From Candidatus Hydrogenedentota bacterium (GTDB lineage Bacteria; Hydrogenedentota; Hydrogenedentia; Hydrogenedentales; SLHB01), in the NCBI GenBank assembly GCA_963745075.1, contig CAVUWV010000008.1:1-64000 (forward strand): a DNA stretch of 64,000 nucleotides, written 5' to 3'. Position numbers and translations under genes: made by a program. Positions 40,867 through 51,229 of the stretch are shown here, one piece after another. The notes under the pieces were generated by a model. The model saw only the letters and a list, made by a program, of their open reading frames with translations. It was not told where the DNA came from and ran no database searches. The number at the start of each line of letters is the position of its first letter. The first letter of the stretch is position 1.

Positions 40867-40997
40867 GGAATGGCCGCGTTTGGGTGCGTCCATCCGTTCG
40901 CACGCGTGAGGCGGAATCCGTCCGCAATGCGGGGTGTGCGATTCGGGAGGCCTATGTCAATCGACTCGCTTCGCCATGCGGCGGGCGGGCTCCGGTT

Positions 40998-41144
40998 TCA
41001 GCCCCTCCGCATGAGGATTGCCGCGACCAATCGATCGAGAAACGTCAGAATCGCCCGTATCCCGAGCTGTCCAAAACTGCCAAATGTAAACGCCGCCTTG
41101 GCTGGCAAGTGACTTCCGCTGATCTGCCGCTTCAGTTGTTCCAT
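40998..41144 (-). CDS. Candidate small protein (48 aa)
   Basis: MEQLKRQISGSHLPAKAAFTFGSFGQLGIRAILTFLDRLVAAILMRRG; GAGAGG RBS; below the ORF track cutoff. Confidence 0.45.
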   Translation of the reverse strand: MEQLKRQISGSHLPAKAAFTFGSFGQLGIRAILTFLDRLVAAILMRRG

Positions 41145-41501
41145 GGTTTGACCTCTCTTTCGTTATGGTTTGACATGAGTTACCTGTGACAGTAATTCCG
41201 GTGCAGTTCCCCGCGGACGACTCACGCTACGCGCTTGCAGGATCCTGATGAGAAGATACCATGCACTAGAAATGCATATTTGTCAACCCGGTAGCAGTAA
41301 GCTGGCCTGCGTCACTACCGCCGATATTGCCTGTTTCATTCGAATTGTCGCGGTCTCTTTGTGTGCGAACACCTACAATGAGCAGATTAACCGAAGAAGA
41401 CGCGGACTGACCGGAACGCCACGCGGACCAACCAGAACGTCACGAGGACTGGCCGGAATCACGAGGACCGACCCAAACGTCACGACGACCACCCGCATTC
41501 A

Positions 41502-41724
41502 CACCGAAGGTGTGACGCAACCCTAGCCAGGGGCAAAGCCCCTGGTAACCGGGCCTCCCCTCACGATCAAGCGCTGAAAGTGCGGTCCAAGAGCGTTTCT
41601 CGAAACCAGTTCGACGTTTGTGGAATAGCCGCCCGTTTGCTTCGCCCCTTCAGGGCTCATTCACTGGTGTGGTTGGTTCCAGGGGCTTCGCCCCTGGCTA
41701 GGGTTGCGTGGCGCCTTCAGCGCC
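41502..41724. repeat. REPIN-like element related to the GCCCTGAAAGGGC family
   Basis: Arms ACGCAACCCTAGCCAGGGGCAAAGCCCCTGG / CCAGGGGCTTCGCCCCTGGCTAGGGTTGCGT. Confidence 0.8.
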
Positions 41725-41844
41725 ATGACGGCCGTTGAGCGGCGTTGGTAGATGGCGATGAGTGGATTCGGCGGACGATTGGATTACGAGTACGAACACG
41801 ACGGGACAGCAGCGGTGGCTACGGGGGGATGGACCGAATCGCGC

Positions 41845-42486
41845 TTAGGCCTGGGCTTGCAGTTCCTGGGCCTCGCGCTGGCTCTTGATCTTCATGAGAC
41901 GGCTGGTGTTGGAGCGTTCGGTCTCGTCTAGCTTGTCCTTGATGTATTTGATGGTCTCGGTCATGCGCGGGATGAAGGAGTGTTCGAGGGCGTTCACGCG
42001 GCGGCGGGTCTTTTCGATTTCGTCGCTCAACAGGCGGATCGTTTCCTCGAGTTCGACCATCTTGAGGAGTTTCGGGAGAAAGGCACGCAGGCCCGTGATC
42101 GCGTCATCGAGTTCCACGGAGGTGTGGACCATGGAGTACCCGCCGGTGGTCTCGCCGAACTCGACGTCGAGGCGCGGCACGTTCACGCTCATGATACGGC
42201 GGATCTTGCGTTCGATCCGGAGTTCCTGACGCGTGTTTTCCAGGGCGTCCTCGGTGATGAGTCGCGAGGAGGTAACCTCTGCGACCACAAACAACTTCAT
42301 GACGCGGGGCAGTTCCTCGTCCACGGCGAGGCGGTACCGCTTGTACTCGGCGGCGAGAGACATGAATTCTTTCATGAGGCCGTCGAGTTTGTCCTTGAGC
42401 AGTTTGTGACCGCGCACGGCCACCTGGAGCCGCTTGCGCAGCCGCAGGAGTTCCATTCGCGTCGGATTTACCGCCAGTCGTGCCAT
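41845..42486 (-). CDS. ntpD: V/A-type ATPase subunit D
   Basis: NPTRMEL, GHKLLKDK, TRRRVNALE. Confidence 0.95.
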   Translation of the reverse strand: MARLAVNPTRMELLRLRKRLQVAVRGHKLLKDKLDGLMKEFMSLAAEYKRYRLAVDEELPRVMKLFVVAEVTSSRLITEDALENTRQELRIERKIRRIMSVNVPRLDVEFGETTGGYSMVHTSVELDDAITGLRAFLPKLLKMVELEETIRLLSDEIEKTRRRVNALEHSFIPRMTETIKYIKDKLDETERSNTSRLMKIKSQREAQELQAQA

Positions 42487-42530
42487 CGACTCCGTCCTAA
42501 TTACGTCTTCGGAAACGCAGTTCGCCCGAA

Positions 42531-42804
42531 GAACATCCCCCTTGATCCCCCTTCAAAGGGGGAATTCGCCCAATGCAGTGTTAGGTTAGTTGTAACGATA
42601 CATATTCCGGGTCGGCATTCGTTGTAATCCCGACGCAACGCAATGCGTTGCGCCCCGCTCCCCCTTTGAAGACAGGACCGACAAGAGTGGATACTCCAGC
42701 AGCACTGCCGAGCAGGAAATGTGGCCCTCGCCGAGAACTCGCAAAAAACACCTATGAATTTGGCATCCCCGCTCCCCCTTTGAAGGGGGATCAAGGGGGG
42801 TGTT
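42531..42804. repeat. REPIN (CCCCCTTCAAAGGGGG family) inside the ATPase operon
   Basis: GAACATCCCCCTTGATCCCCCTTCAAAGGGGGAA and its inverted copy. Confidence 0.88.
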
Positions 42805-42859
42805 GCATTGCCCTGTGCCATTACTGTGCGTATATCCGCAGTCACGTTGTTGACCGTCC

Positions 42860-44257
42860 CTATTCGCTCGCGGTCGCGGCTACTTCGCCGGGGTGATACT
42901 TCTCGATCCACTCGTCGCGTATGCGCTTGAGTTCGCCGCGCGGCAGCATGGCCAGAAGATCCCAGCCGAGCGCGAGGCTTTCCTCGATGGTGCGGTTCTC
43001 GTGTTCGCCCTGGGTCACGAAGCGTTCCTCGAAGGCATCCGCGAACTTCACGAAGAGCAAGTCGATTTCGCTCAAGGCGGATTCGCCGAGCACGACGGCG
43101 AGTTCCTTGGCGTTCTTGCCGCGGGCGTACGCGGAGTACAACTGGTTCATCACGTCCGCGTGATCTTCGCGGGTCTTACCCTTGCCGATACCCTTATCCT
43201 TCAAGCGAGACAGGGACGGCAGCACGTCCACCGGCGGGTAGATACCCTGGGTGTGAATGGGACGGCTGATGATGACCTGCCCCTCGGTGATGTAGCCCGT
43301 CAAGTCCGGGATGGGATGCGTCTTGTCGTCTTCCGGCATGGTGAGCACGGGAAGCTGGGTGATGGAGCCTTCCTTCCCCTTGATGCGGCCGGCGCGTTCG
43401 TACAACGTCGACAAGTCGGTGTACAGATAGCCCGGATAGCCACGGCGGCCGGGGACTTCTTTACGGGCCGCGGAAATTTCGCGCAGGGCTTCGCAGTAGT
43501 TCGTGAGGTCGGTCAGGATGACCAGCACGTGCATGCCCTTTTCGTAAGCCAGGAACTCCGCCGCCGTGAGGGCCATGCGCGGCACCGCAATGCGTTCGAT
43601 GGGCGGGTCGTCGGCGAGGTTCATGAAGAGGACCGCGCGTTCGATGGCGCCGGTGCGTTTGAAGTCGGCGATGAAGAACTCGGACTCTTCGAAAGTGATC
43701 CCCATGGCCGCAAAAATCACCGCGAACTTCTCACCGGACTTCAGCGTGGTGGCCTGGCGGGCGATCTGGGCCGCCAGCCGCGAATGGGGCAAACCCGACG
43801 CGGAGAAAATCGGAAGCTTCTGCCCGCGGACGAGGGTATTCAGCAGGTCGATGGTCGATACGCCGGTCTGGATGAACTCATTCGGATAATCCCGCGCATA
43901 CGGATTCATGGGACTGCCGTTGATGTTGAGCCACTTCTCGGGGATTAGTTCGGGACCGTCGTCAATAGGCCGGCCGGCTCCGTCGAACACGCGGCCGAGC
44001 ATATCTTCGGAAACTCCGAGTTCCTGGCCTTTGCCAAGGAACTTCACTTTGAGTTCCCGCGGGGACAGGCCGCTGGTGCCTTCGAAGACCTGCACCATGG
44101 CCTTGTCGCCGTTGACCTCGAGCACGCGGCCGCGGCGGCGGGTGCCGTCGTCCTGCTTGATGTCGGTCAGCTCGCCGTAGGTGATCCCTTCCACTCCTTC
44201 CACAAGGATAAGGGGGCCGACCACCTGTTTGACCGTTCTGTACTCTCGCGTAATCAC
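42860..44257 (-). CDS. ntpB: V/A-type ATPase subunit B
   Basis: [30 protein letters not shown]. Confidence 0.97.
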   Translation of the reverse strand: MITREYRTVKQVVGPLILVEGVEGITYGELTDIKQDDGTRRRGRVLEVNGDKAMVQVFEGTSGLSPRELKVKFLGKGQELGVSEDMLGRVFDGAGRPIDDGPELIPEKWLNINGSPMNPYARDYPNEFIQTGVSTIDLLNTLVRGQKLPIFSASGLPHSRLAAQIARQATTLKSGEKFAVIFAAMGITFEESEFFIADFKRTGAIERAVLFMNLADDPPIERIAVPRMALTAAEFLAYEKGMHVLVILTDLTNYCEALREISAARKEVPGRRGYPGYLYTDLSTLYERAGRIKGKEGSITQLPVLTMPEDDKTHPIPDLTGYITEGQVIISRPIHTQGIYPPVDVLPSLSRLKDKGIGKGKTREDHADVMNQLYSAYARGKNAKELAVVLGESALSEIDLLFVKFADAFEERFVTQGEHENRTIEESLALGWDLLAMLPRGELKRIRDEWIEKYHPGEVAATASE

Positions 44258-44281
44258 TATGTCGCTCCCGTGGTCCCGCTG

Positions 44282-46042
44282 CTAGTCTTTCGGCAGGGCT
44301 TGGATTTCTTCCGTGATGCGTTGCTTTAACGCGTCGTATTCTTCCGGTTTGTCTTCGGGGATCAGTTTTGCGCGCGCCACATCATCCATCGTTTTGAGAT
44401 CGAGCAGCTTGAGCAATTCCGCGCCATCCTTCATGGCGGCGCGGGCCTCGTCGTAGTAATGAAGAATCACCGAGAGCAGGCGCAATTGCTTCGGCATGGA
44501 CGTGTAGCTGTCGCGTTCGTCGAAGGCGTTCTGGTGGAGGAAGTCTTCGCGGATCATCTTGGCGGCCTGCATGAGCAGCCGGTCGTCGTGGGCCAGCGCG
44601 TCGATCCCGACGAGACGGACGAGTTCGTCCAGCTCGGACTCGCGCTGCAGGATCGCCATCGCGCGTTTCCGCATGGCTTCCCATTCTTTGTCGTAATGGT
44701 CATTCGCGTACTGGTCGATGACGTCCTGATACAGCGAATAGGAGGTAAGCCAGTTAATCGCCGGGAAGTGCCGCGAGAAGGCCAGCTTGTCGTCCAATCC
44801 CCAGAAGACCTTCACCACGCGCAAGGTCGCCTGTACCACCGGTTCGGATAAGTCACCGCCCGGAGGAGACACCGCGCCAATGAGTGAGAGCGATCCCTGC
44901 CGTGCTTCCGAACCCAGGCAGACCACGTTGCCGGAACGTTCGTAGAAGCTCGCGATGCGGGAACCGAGATAGGCGGGATAGCCTTCTTCGCCGGGCATCT
45001 CTTCGAGGCGTCCCGACATTTCGCGCATGGCTTCCGCCCAGCGGCTGGTCGAGTCGGCCATGAGGGCCACGGAATAGCCCATGTCGCGGAAGTACTCGGC
45101 GATGGTGATGCCCGTGAACACCGACGCTTCACGCGCGGCCACCGGCATGTTGGAGGTGTTCGCGATGAGGACGGTGCGTTCCATCAGCGGCTCGCCCGAG
45201 GTGGGATCTTTCAATTCCGGGAACTCCATGAGCACGTCGGTCATTTCGTTGCCGCGTTCGCCGCAGCCGACGTACACGATGACGTTGGCGTCGGACCACT
45301 TTGCGAGCTGGTGCTGGACGACGGTCTTGCCGCTTCCGAAAGGTCCCGGCACGCAGGCGGTGCCGCCTTTGGCCAGGGGGAAGAACATGTCGATCACGCG
45401 TTGTCCCGTTACGAGCGGGAGCGTGGGCGGCAATTTGCGCGCGACCTCGCGGCCGTGCCGCACGGGCCAACGTTGAAACATGTTTACAGAGAGCGGTCCG
45501 TTTGCGGTGTCGATAACGGCGACTTCCGTTTCGATGTTACCCGTGACGGGGCCAATTTTGGCGACCTTACCGTTGGTTCCGGACGGGACCATGATCTTAT
45601 GAACGACGAGTTTGCTTTCCTGCACCGTGCCGAGCACGTCGCCGACCGCGACCTCATCGCCTTCCTTCGCGACGGGGACGAAGTCCCATTGGGCATCGCG
45701 GTCGAGGGCGGGGCGTTCCGCGCCGCGGACGATGAAGTCGCCGAAGTCCTGCTGCAACTTATCCAGGGGGCGTTGAACGCCGTCGTAAATCGACTTAATC
45801 AGGCCCGGGCCGAGTTCCACGCTGAGGGCTTCCCCGGTGCGGAATACGGGCTGACCGGGGCCGATGCCTTCGGTTTCTTCGTAAACCTGGACGGAAAAGT
45901 CGTCGCCCCGGATCTCGATGATTTCGCCGAAGAGGCGTTCCTCACCCACGCGCACCATTTCGAACATGCGCGCGTTTCCCAACCCGCGGGCCACCACCAG
46001 GGGACCCGAAACCTTTACCACTACTCCGTTCTCGTTGCTCAC
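44282..46042 (-). CDS. ntpA: V/A-type ATPase subunit A
   Basis: GPFGSGKT, GCGERGNE, ANTSNMPVAARE, PPGGD. Confidence 0.97.
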   Translation of the reverse strand: MSNENGVVVKVSGPLVVARGLGNARMFEMVRVGEERLFGEIIEIRGDDFSVQVYEETEGIGPGQPVFRTGEALSVELGPGLIKSIYDGVQRPLDKLQQDFGDFIVRGAERPALDRDAQWDFVPVAKEGDEVAVGDVLGTVQESKLVVHKIMVPSGTNGKVAKIGPVTGNIETEVAVIDTANGPLSVNMFQRWPVRHGREVARKLPPTLPLVTGQRVIDMFFPLAKGGTACVPGPFGSGKTVVQHQLAKWSDANVIVYVGCGERGNEMTDVLMEFPELKDPTSGEPLMERTVLIANTSNMPVAAREASVFTGITIAEYFRDMGYSVALMADSTSRWAEAMREMSGRLEEMPGEEGYPAYLGSRIASFYERSGNVVCLGSEARQGSLSLIGAVSPPGGDLSEPVVQATLRVVKVFWGLDDKLAFSRHFPAINWLTSYSLYQDVIDQYANDHYDKEWEAMRKRAMAILQRESELDELVRLVGIDALAHDDRLLMQAAKMIREDFLHQNAFDERDSYTSMPKQLRLLSVILHYYDEARAAMKDGAELLKLLDLKTMDDVARAKLIPEDKPEEYDALKQRITEEIQALPKD

Positions 46043-46100
46043 CGCTTCTACCTTTACCGTTTGCGCGCTTCCGTCATCGGACGCCGCACCGCAGGTACAG

Positions 46101-46421
46101 TTACTCTTTGCCCAATATATCGACGCCGATGGATCGTTCCACCGCCTTTTTCATGCGTTGGAAACTGTAATGCTCGCTTCCCTCGTGGGTGGGAATGATG
46201 CTGAGAATCGCGCGGCTCCGGTCGCGAAACGCCGCGATGGCGTCGGGGGCTTCTTTAGCCATGCTCTCCGTGACGAGTACCAGCGCCACGTCGCTGTCCC
46301 GCGAGAGTTTCCCCAACTCCGTATGAAGCGTTTCCACATCGTCGCAACCGGCGATTTCAAAGCCCACCCCTTTGAATCCGAGGATGAGGTGCCGTTCTCC
46401 AACTGCTATCGCTCTAACCAT
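46101..46421 (-). CDS. V/A-type ATPase subunit F
   Basis: VGE..LILGFKGVG, IIPT, VERSIGVDI; operon position. Confidence 0.88.
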   Translation of the reverse strand: MVRAIAVGERHLILGFKGVGFEIAGCDDVETLHTELGKLSRDSDVALVLVTESMAKEAPDAIAAFRDRSRAILSIIPTHEGSEHYSFQRMKKAVERSIGVDILGKE

Positions 46422-47403
46422 GGGCCACCCGCATGCGTCGCTTGAGTCCTTCGGGTTCGATCCGGCTCAGCCGGCCGCAGACAATCAGCTTGAGGTTGTG
46501 GGCTTCGCTGGCAAGTGTCCGGAGATACGCGAGTATTCGCTCCGGACCGGAGACTTGGCCTTGACCACGCCGGGTCAACGTGACGAGATAGTTTGTCGAT
46601 AGGTCTTCAAAGCGCCGGGCCGGGTCGTCGCTTTCTTCTTCAATAGCCTGCCGCAAGAGTTCGCCGAGCCGACCGCGAACAACGTCGGGCCAGTGGGCCG
46701 GTTCGCCGGCGTTTAACACCCCATTAAGGATGCTGGTCAGCGAGCCCATGGGAAGGACGTAGCGTTGCAGCGCCTTGACCGGAACCTGGGCGCGGTGCCG
46801 CCGCCACAGGGCCACCAGCGCCCGGGCCAGCACAAAATCTCTGATGTAAGTACAGACCAGCGGCGCCTTTGTGGTTTCACACAGCGAGAGCAGGTGCCGC
46901 AGGTAGGCCGCGTCGAGGATGACATCGACCATCTGGTGCCCGCGAGTCTCCTCGACCGAGGCCAGCGCTTCGGTTGCCGCTTCGCGAAAAGGCGACGGCA
47001 GATGCGAGGCGTCGCCGCCCGATACGCCGGACAGCTTGTCCGGCTCGAGGGTCGCGCTCGGGAAGGGAAAGGTGTTCTGGCCGGTGACGGCGATCTTCAG
47101 GTTCTGATAGTCGTCGCGCAGAATGAACAGGTTTGCAATCGCCGGGTTCGGACAATCTTTCCGAATCGACTTGACGACGTCATGGAAGTAGCGGTCGATA
47201 ATCCCGCTCCAGTCCTGGAAGTCGGAACCCGCCACAAAGAAATCGCGCAGGGGCGTATCCTGCAACTGGCGCATCACGTCTTCGAGATGGGGGTGCGACA
47301 CCATGGTCTGGAAGAACTCGGTCGTGAGCAGGCGCGCTTCGAGCGTGCTGACCCGCCCGCAGACGAACCCCCAGTCTGGGTTATATGGCATTAAGGCTAT
47401 CAC
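46414..47403 (-). CDS. V/A-type ATPase subunit C/d
   Basis: GRVSTLEARLL, DYQNLK, EAHNLKLI; operon position. Confidence 0.85.
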   Translation of the reverse strand: MIALMPYNPDWGFVCGRVSTLEARLLTTEFFQTMVSHPHLEDVMRQLQDTPLRDFFVAGSDFQDWSGIIDRYFHDVVKSIRKDCPNPAIANLFILRDDYQNLKIAVTGQNTFPFPSATLEPDKLSGVSGGDASHLPSPFREAATEALASVEETRGHQMVDVILDAAYLRHLLSLCETTKAPLVCTYIRDFVLARALVALWRRHRAQVPVKALQRYVLPMGSLTSILNGVLNAGEPAHWPDVVRGRLGELLRQAIEEESDDPARRFEDLSTNYLVTLTRRGQGQVSGPERILAYLRTLASEAHNLKLIVCGRLSRIEPEGLKRRMRVAHG

Positions 47404-47418
47404 TGCCGCTTCCGCTTC

Positions 47419-48009
47419 CTATTCCTTAAACAGTTCCGCCGCAATACGGGGCGCCAGTTCATGTTCCATGTCACTCAGCAACGTGCCGACCGTCTGATCC
47501 ACCTCGAAGGTGTCGCTGACGAAGATGAACCCGCCCGGTTCGGACAGAGGCTTCGCATCGTCCATCGTGACCTTCGCATCGCCGCTCCGGTTGGCGTTGA
47601 ATCCGGCGAGGACTTTCTCGAAGGCGGTCTTGTCGTTGGGATGGACCCGCAGTTTCCCGCCGCCATCGCCCGCGGCGCGTTCGAGCAACCCGGTCATGAG
47701 CGTGGCGTATTCGCCGGCGTTCATTTCGAGGATTTGCTTGCGGGCCATGTCGAAGACGCGTTCGAGCAGGGCGTTGCGCTTCTCGAGCATTTCTTTGCCG
47801 GCGGCGCCTTTGGCCTGGAGCAGTTTGCGCCCGAACTCTTCCTCGATGGTGCGCGTGGCCGTCTGGTACTGCCGTTCGGCGTCCCGCTTGGCGGCTTCCC
47901 GTTCCGTCTCGATCCGCTCGTCGGCGGACCGCCGGGCGGCGCGGACGACCAGGTCGGCCTCCTTTTGTGCGGAGGTTTTGACGGCCTCTTCTATTTTTTG
48001 GAGTGCCAC
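47419..48009 (-). CDS. V/A-type ATPase subunit E
   Basis: Coiled-coil N-terminus, GGFIF, IAAELF; operon position. Confidence 0.88.
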   Translation of the reverse strand: MALQKIEEAVKTSAQKEADLVVRAARRSADERIETEREAAKRDAERQYQTATRTIEEEFGRKLLQAKGAAGKEMLEKRNALLERVFDMARKQILEMNAGEYATLMTGLLERAAGDGGGKLRVHPNDKTAFEKVLAGFNANRSGDAKVTMDDAKPLSEPGGFIFVSDTFEVDQTVGTLLSDMEHELAPRIAAELFKE

Positions 48010-48054
48010 GGTAGTGCTCCCTCGTTTCGCAGTCTCGACTCGAATTCCCGCGGA

Positions 48055-48588
48055 CTACTGCGCGTTGCGCAGGTATTCCAACACGTTGGAGGTGTCGGCG
48101 TTGTTGGTGAGCCACAGGATGAACAGAATCGCCGCGAGCAGCGCCACGACGGCGTAGGTTTCCACCAAGGCGGGGAACAGCAGGGCGCGGCCGGCGGCAT
48201 CTTCGCGCCGTCCGATCAAGGCGATACCGGCCGCGGAAGCCATACCTTGGTTCACGGCACTGACGTACAGCGCCAAGCCGGCGCCGAAGCCGACCAAGGC
48301 CAGGGCCAGACCGGTGCCCGGGGTCACGTTGACGGTGCCGCCGATGAGGCCGGTCTGCTGGGCCATCATGAAGGCCGTGATGAAGCCGTAGAAGCCCTGG
48401 GTACCCGGGAGGGCCACCATGACCAGCAGGCGGCCGAAGAGACCCGGTTTCTCACTCAGGACGCCGGCGGCTTCCTGGGAGGCAATTCCGATGCCTTTGG
48501 CCGAGCCGCATCCGCCCAGCGCGAAGGCCAGGGCGGCTCCGGTAAAGGCGAGACCCCGCCCAAGCTCGATTGACAACTGAAAATCCAT
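48055..48588 (-). CDS. ntpK: V/A-type ATPase subunit K (Na+-binding motifs)
   Basis: GSAKG, LPGTQGFYG, NQG, VETYA; 4 TM. Confidence 0.93.
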   Translation of the reverse strand: MDFQLSIELGRGLAFTGAALAFALGGCGSAKGIGIASQEAAGVLSEKPGLFGRLLVMVALPGTQGFYGFITAFMMAQQTGLIGGTVNVTPGTGLALALVGFGAGLALYVSAVNQGMASAAGIALIGRREDAAGRALLFPALVETYAVVALLAAILFILWLTNNADTSNVLEYLRNAQ

Positions 48589-48677
48589 GTTCCGAGTCCT
48601 CCATTCCTTCCCTATGAGCCCGGTCCATCGCGGTGGCCGTTGGCGTTACCGGCCGATCCGCGTGTCCTTGGCGGCGA

Positions 48678-50756
48678 CTAGGCCTGTTCCGATCGCTTCA
48701 AAACGTACGCGGGCGAATCGAACCCCAACGGCTCGAAAGGTTTCGCGCCGCCTTCGTAGAACCGCCCGAAAAACTCCACGAAAATCAACCGCATGGCGTG
48801 GACGAAGGCGCCCAGCATGCTGATGGCAAAGTTGAAGGTGTGCCCCACGACGAGGACCACGATAAAAAGAATCGTGCCTACGTAGGGGACGCTGTCGGCG
48901 AGGAGTCCACCAATCATGTTCACGGTGAGACCCACGATCGAGGTGGTCAACGCCAGGGCCAGCAAACGGCAGTAGGACAGCGTATCGCCGATAAAGGCGG
49001 TGCATCCGTAACTGCCGACGATTCCGTACAGGCTCACGACGCCGGTGCCGATCTTTGCGACGATGCCCTCGGCGTCCCGGCCCTGGGTCAACACCAAACC
49101 GATGGCGCCCACGGCGAACATGCCGACGCCGAGCTTGAACACCGGTCCGGGCAGGTCCACGAAGATGGTGCTGATGGCGATGACCATTCCGGGCAGCGTA
49201 ATGAGCCACAACAGGCCGTCGCAGATCGCAGTCACCCAATCGCCCTGCCGCGCGGCGCCATACATCTTGAGGCCGATGCCGTAAAACTGGTTCAACATCC
49301 CGATGCTCAACGCGGCCACGAGCATGGTCACGGGATCGGCCAGCGGGTCCATGACCTGGAACACATTCTTGATCCGCAGAAGCGGGTTGTTCTCGCCGAG
49401 GTAGTCGGGATTGTAGAGATCGCCGAACCAGGAGCCGAAGAGCAAGCCGAATACGATGGTGCTCAGGCCGGCCAGCAAGAGCAACCGCGCGAAAAAGTGA
49501 ATCCCCTCGTACTGCCGGGTCTTGCGCGCGATGTACCAGCCCAGCAGGGTCAACATGGTGCCGTAGCCCACGTCGCCGAAGCAGATGCCGAAGAAAATCG
49601 TGAAATTGAAAATGATAAAGGGCGACGGGTCGAAGTTGGCGTAGGGCGGCAATCCGAAGAGGTTGACCAGCATCTGGATCGGCCGCACCAGTTTGGGCAG
49701 CGTGATGCTGACGGGGACCTCCTCGCCGGGATCGGGGTCGCGCACGATCAGGGAAGCCTCGGGAAGTTCCTGCTGAAGCATGCGCTGCAAGTCGCAGACG
49801 TCGCGCGCGCGGGTAAATCCTTCGACGATGTGCACCCACCGGCCTTCGGCGGTGTTGGCTCGGGCCAGTTGGCGTTTTCGGTTGCTCTCCCAGTATGCCA
49901 GCAATACGTGAATCGTGCGGCGCGATTCGGCGAGCTTGATGGCTTCGTCGCGCACGCCGGCGATCTGGTCTTCGCAGGCTTTGTAATCGCCGCGGAGTTC
50001 GCGGATGCGGTCGCGCACTTTCCCGCGAATCTCGGGCAAGGGGATCTCTTCGAACTGTGCCGCAGAAAGGAGGCGTCGGGCCTGGTCTTCGTCGACGGGC
50101 AGATAGGCCGCCACGATCCGGGGCGCGTCGCCTTTGGATGACGGTACGCCCCCCTCGCCGTTGGCGGAACGCTTCTGGCGGGAGGCTTCACCGGCGGCGA
50201 CGATTTCCCACGCGAGCCCTTCCTGGACTTCGGGGTTCTGACCGAAGGATTCCAGGTTGCGGGCCGGAATGGCGCCGAATACCAAGCGAACGCGCTGTGG
50301 GGACTTCAGGTCCGAAACGCTGATGGGCAGGTCTTCGAGCGGCGCGAGCGTTTCGAGCTGGGCGCGAATCTCGCTCATGCGGCGTTCGGCGCGTTTGCAG
50401 GCATCGTCGAGGTCGTGGGCCTTCGCGTAGACGTCATCGAGATCGAAACTGCGGATGGCCTCGTCCATTTCCTTGGGTTCAATGACGAGGGGGAGGGGCG
50501 TCAAGCCTTCGAGAAAGCTCTGTTCCTCCGGAGCGAATTCCTCGATCAGACCCCGGATCAGGTGGAGTTTCTGAAGTTGGAGATCGCTCTGCTCGGTCGA
50601 AACTTCTTTGCGATGAAGGACTTCGCCAGCTTCTTCCACTTCCTGGTAGGCGTCCACCAACTCGACGGTGCCCAAGGCGTGGAGCGCACGATTCAACCGC
50701 CGGGAGGACCCGACGGGACACAGTATCGTGACTTTTTTCATGGGGTCGATGGCCAT
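48678..50756 (-). CDS. ntpI: V/A-type ATPase subunit I
   Basis: FFGICFGDVGYG, LSYCRLLAL, VHAMRLIFVEFF. Confidence 0.95.
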   Translation of the reverse strand: MAIDPMKKVTILCPVGSSRRLNRALHALGTVELVDAYQEVEEAGEVLHRKEVSTEQSDLQLQKLHLIRGLIEEFAPEEQSFLEGLTPLPLVIEPKEMDEAIRSFDLDDVYAKAHDLDDACKRAERRMSEIRAQLETLAPLEDLPISVSDLKSPQRVRLVFGAIPARNLESFGQNPEVQEGLAWEIVAAGEASRQKRSANGEGGVPSSKGDAPRIVAAYLPVDEDQARRLLSAAQFEEIPLPEIRGKVRDRIRELRGDYKACEDQIAGVRDEAIKLAESRRTIHVLLAYWESNRKRQLARANTAEGRWVHIVEGFTRARDVCDLQRMLQQELPEASLIVRDPDPGEEVPVSITLPKLVRPIQMLVNLFGLPPYANFDPSPFIIFNFTIFFGICFGDVGYGTMLTLLGWYIARKTRQYEGIHFFARLLLLAGLSTIVFGLLFGSWFGDLYNPDYLGENNPLLRIKNVFQVMDPLADPVTMLVAALSIGMLNQFYGIGLKMYGAARQGDWVTAICDGLLWLITLPGMVIAISTIFVDLPGPVFKLGVGMFAVGAIGLVLTQGRDAEGIVAKIGTGVVSLYGIVGSYGCTAFIGDTLSYCRLLALALTTSIVGLTVNMIGGLLADSVPYVGTILFIVVLVVGHTFNFAISMLGAFVHAMRLIFVEFFGRFYEGGAKPFEPLGFDSPAYVLKRSEQA

Positions 50757-50761
50757 GGAGC

Positions 50762-51073
50762 CTACAACCCTCGAAACGCGTTGACGATCATATCCACCTG
50801 CTGTTGGAGGCGATCTTGGGGAATCTGGCCGATGGTCTTCATCGCGGCCTTGTGCTCGGCTTCGGCCGTCGCGAGGTTGGCTTCGTGCCGCGCGGCCGCC
50901 TCTTTCCGAAAGTTTTCGATGCGCTTTTCCGTCTCGTCTGCGAGCGCTTTGCGCTGGGCCGCGATCTCATCATCGGCGCGTTTGGCTATGGCAGCGGCTT
51001 CTTCATGGGCCTGGGCCACCACGTTGCTCGCTTCCTGCTCCAAGGTGAGGATGTTCTGAACGAGCGAAGACAT
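50762..51073 (-). CDS. V/A-type ATPase subunit G/H
   Basis: 103-aa coiled coil directly upstream of subunit I. Confidence 0.75.
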   Translation of the reverse strand: MSSLVQNILTLEQEASNVVAQAHEEAAAIAKRADDEIAAQRKALADETEKRIENFRKEAAARHEANLATAEAEHKAAMKTIGQIPQDRLQQQVDMIVNAFRGL

Positions 51074-51229
51074 CGTTGACTCCCGTCCTTCCGTGCACGA
51101 GCACTCGTACCATTCTATACGCCGGTTCAGATCCCCCCGTCTTTCCGGCGCGCGTCATTTTGGGCAACGCGTCCGCGCAAGACTCCCGGCACCAGTTGGC
51201 GCCGATCCAGGGGGGGGGAGGCGCGCATA

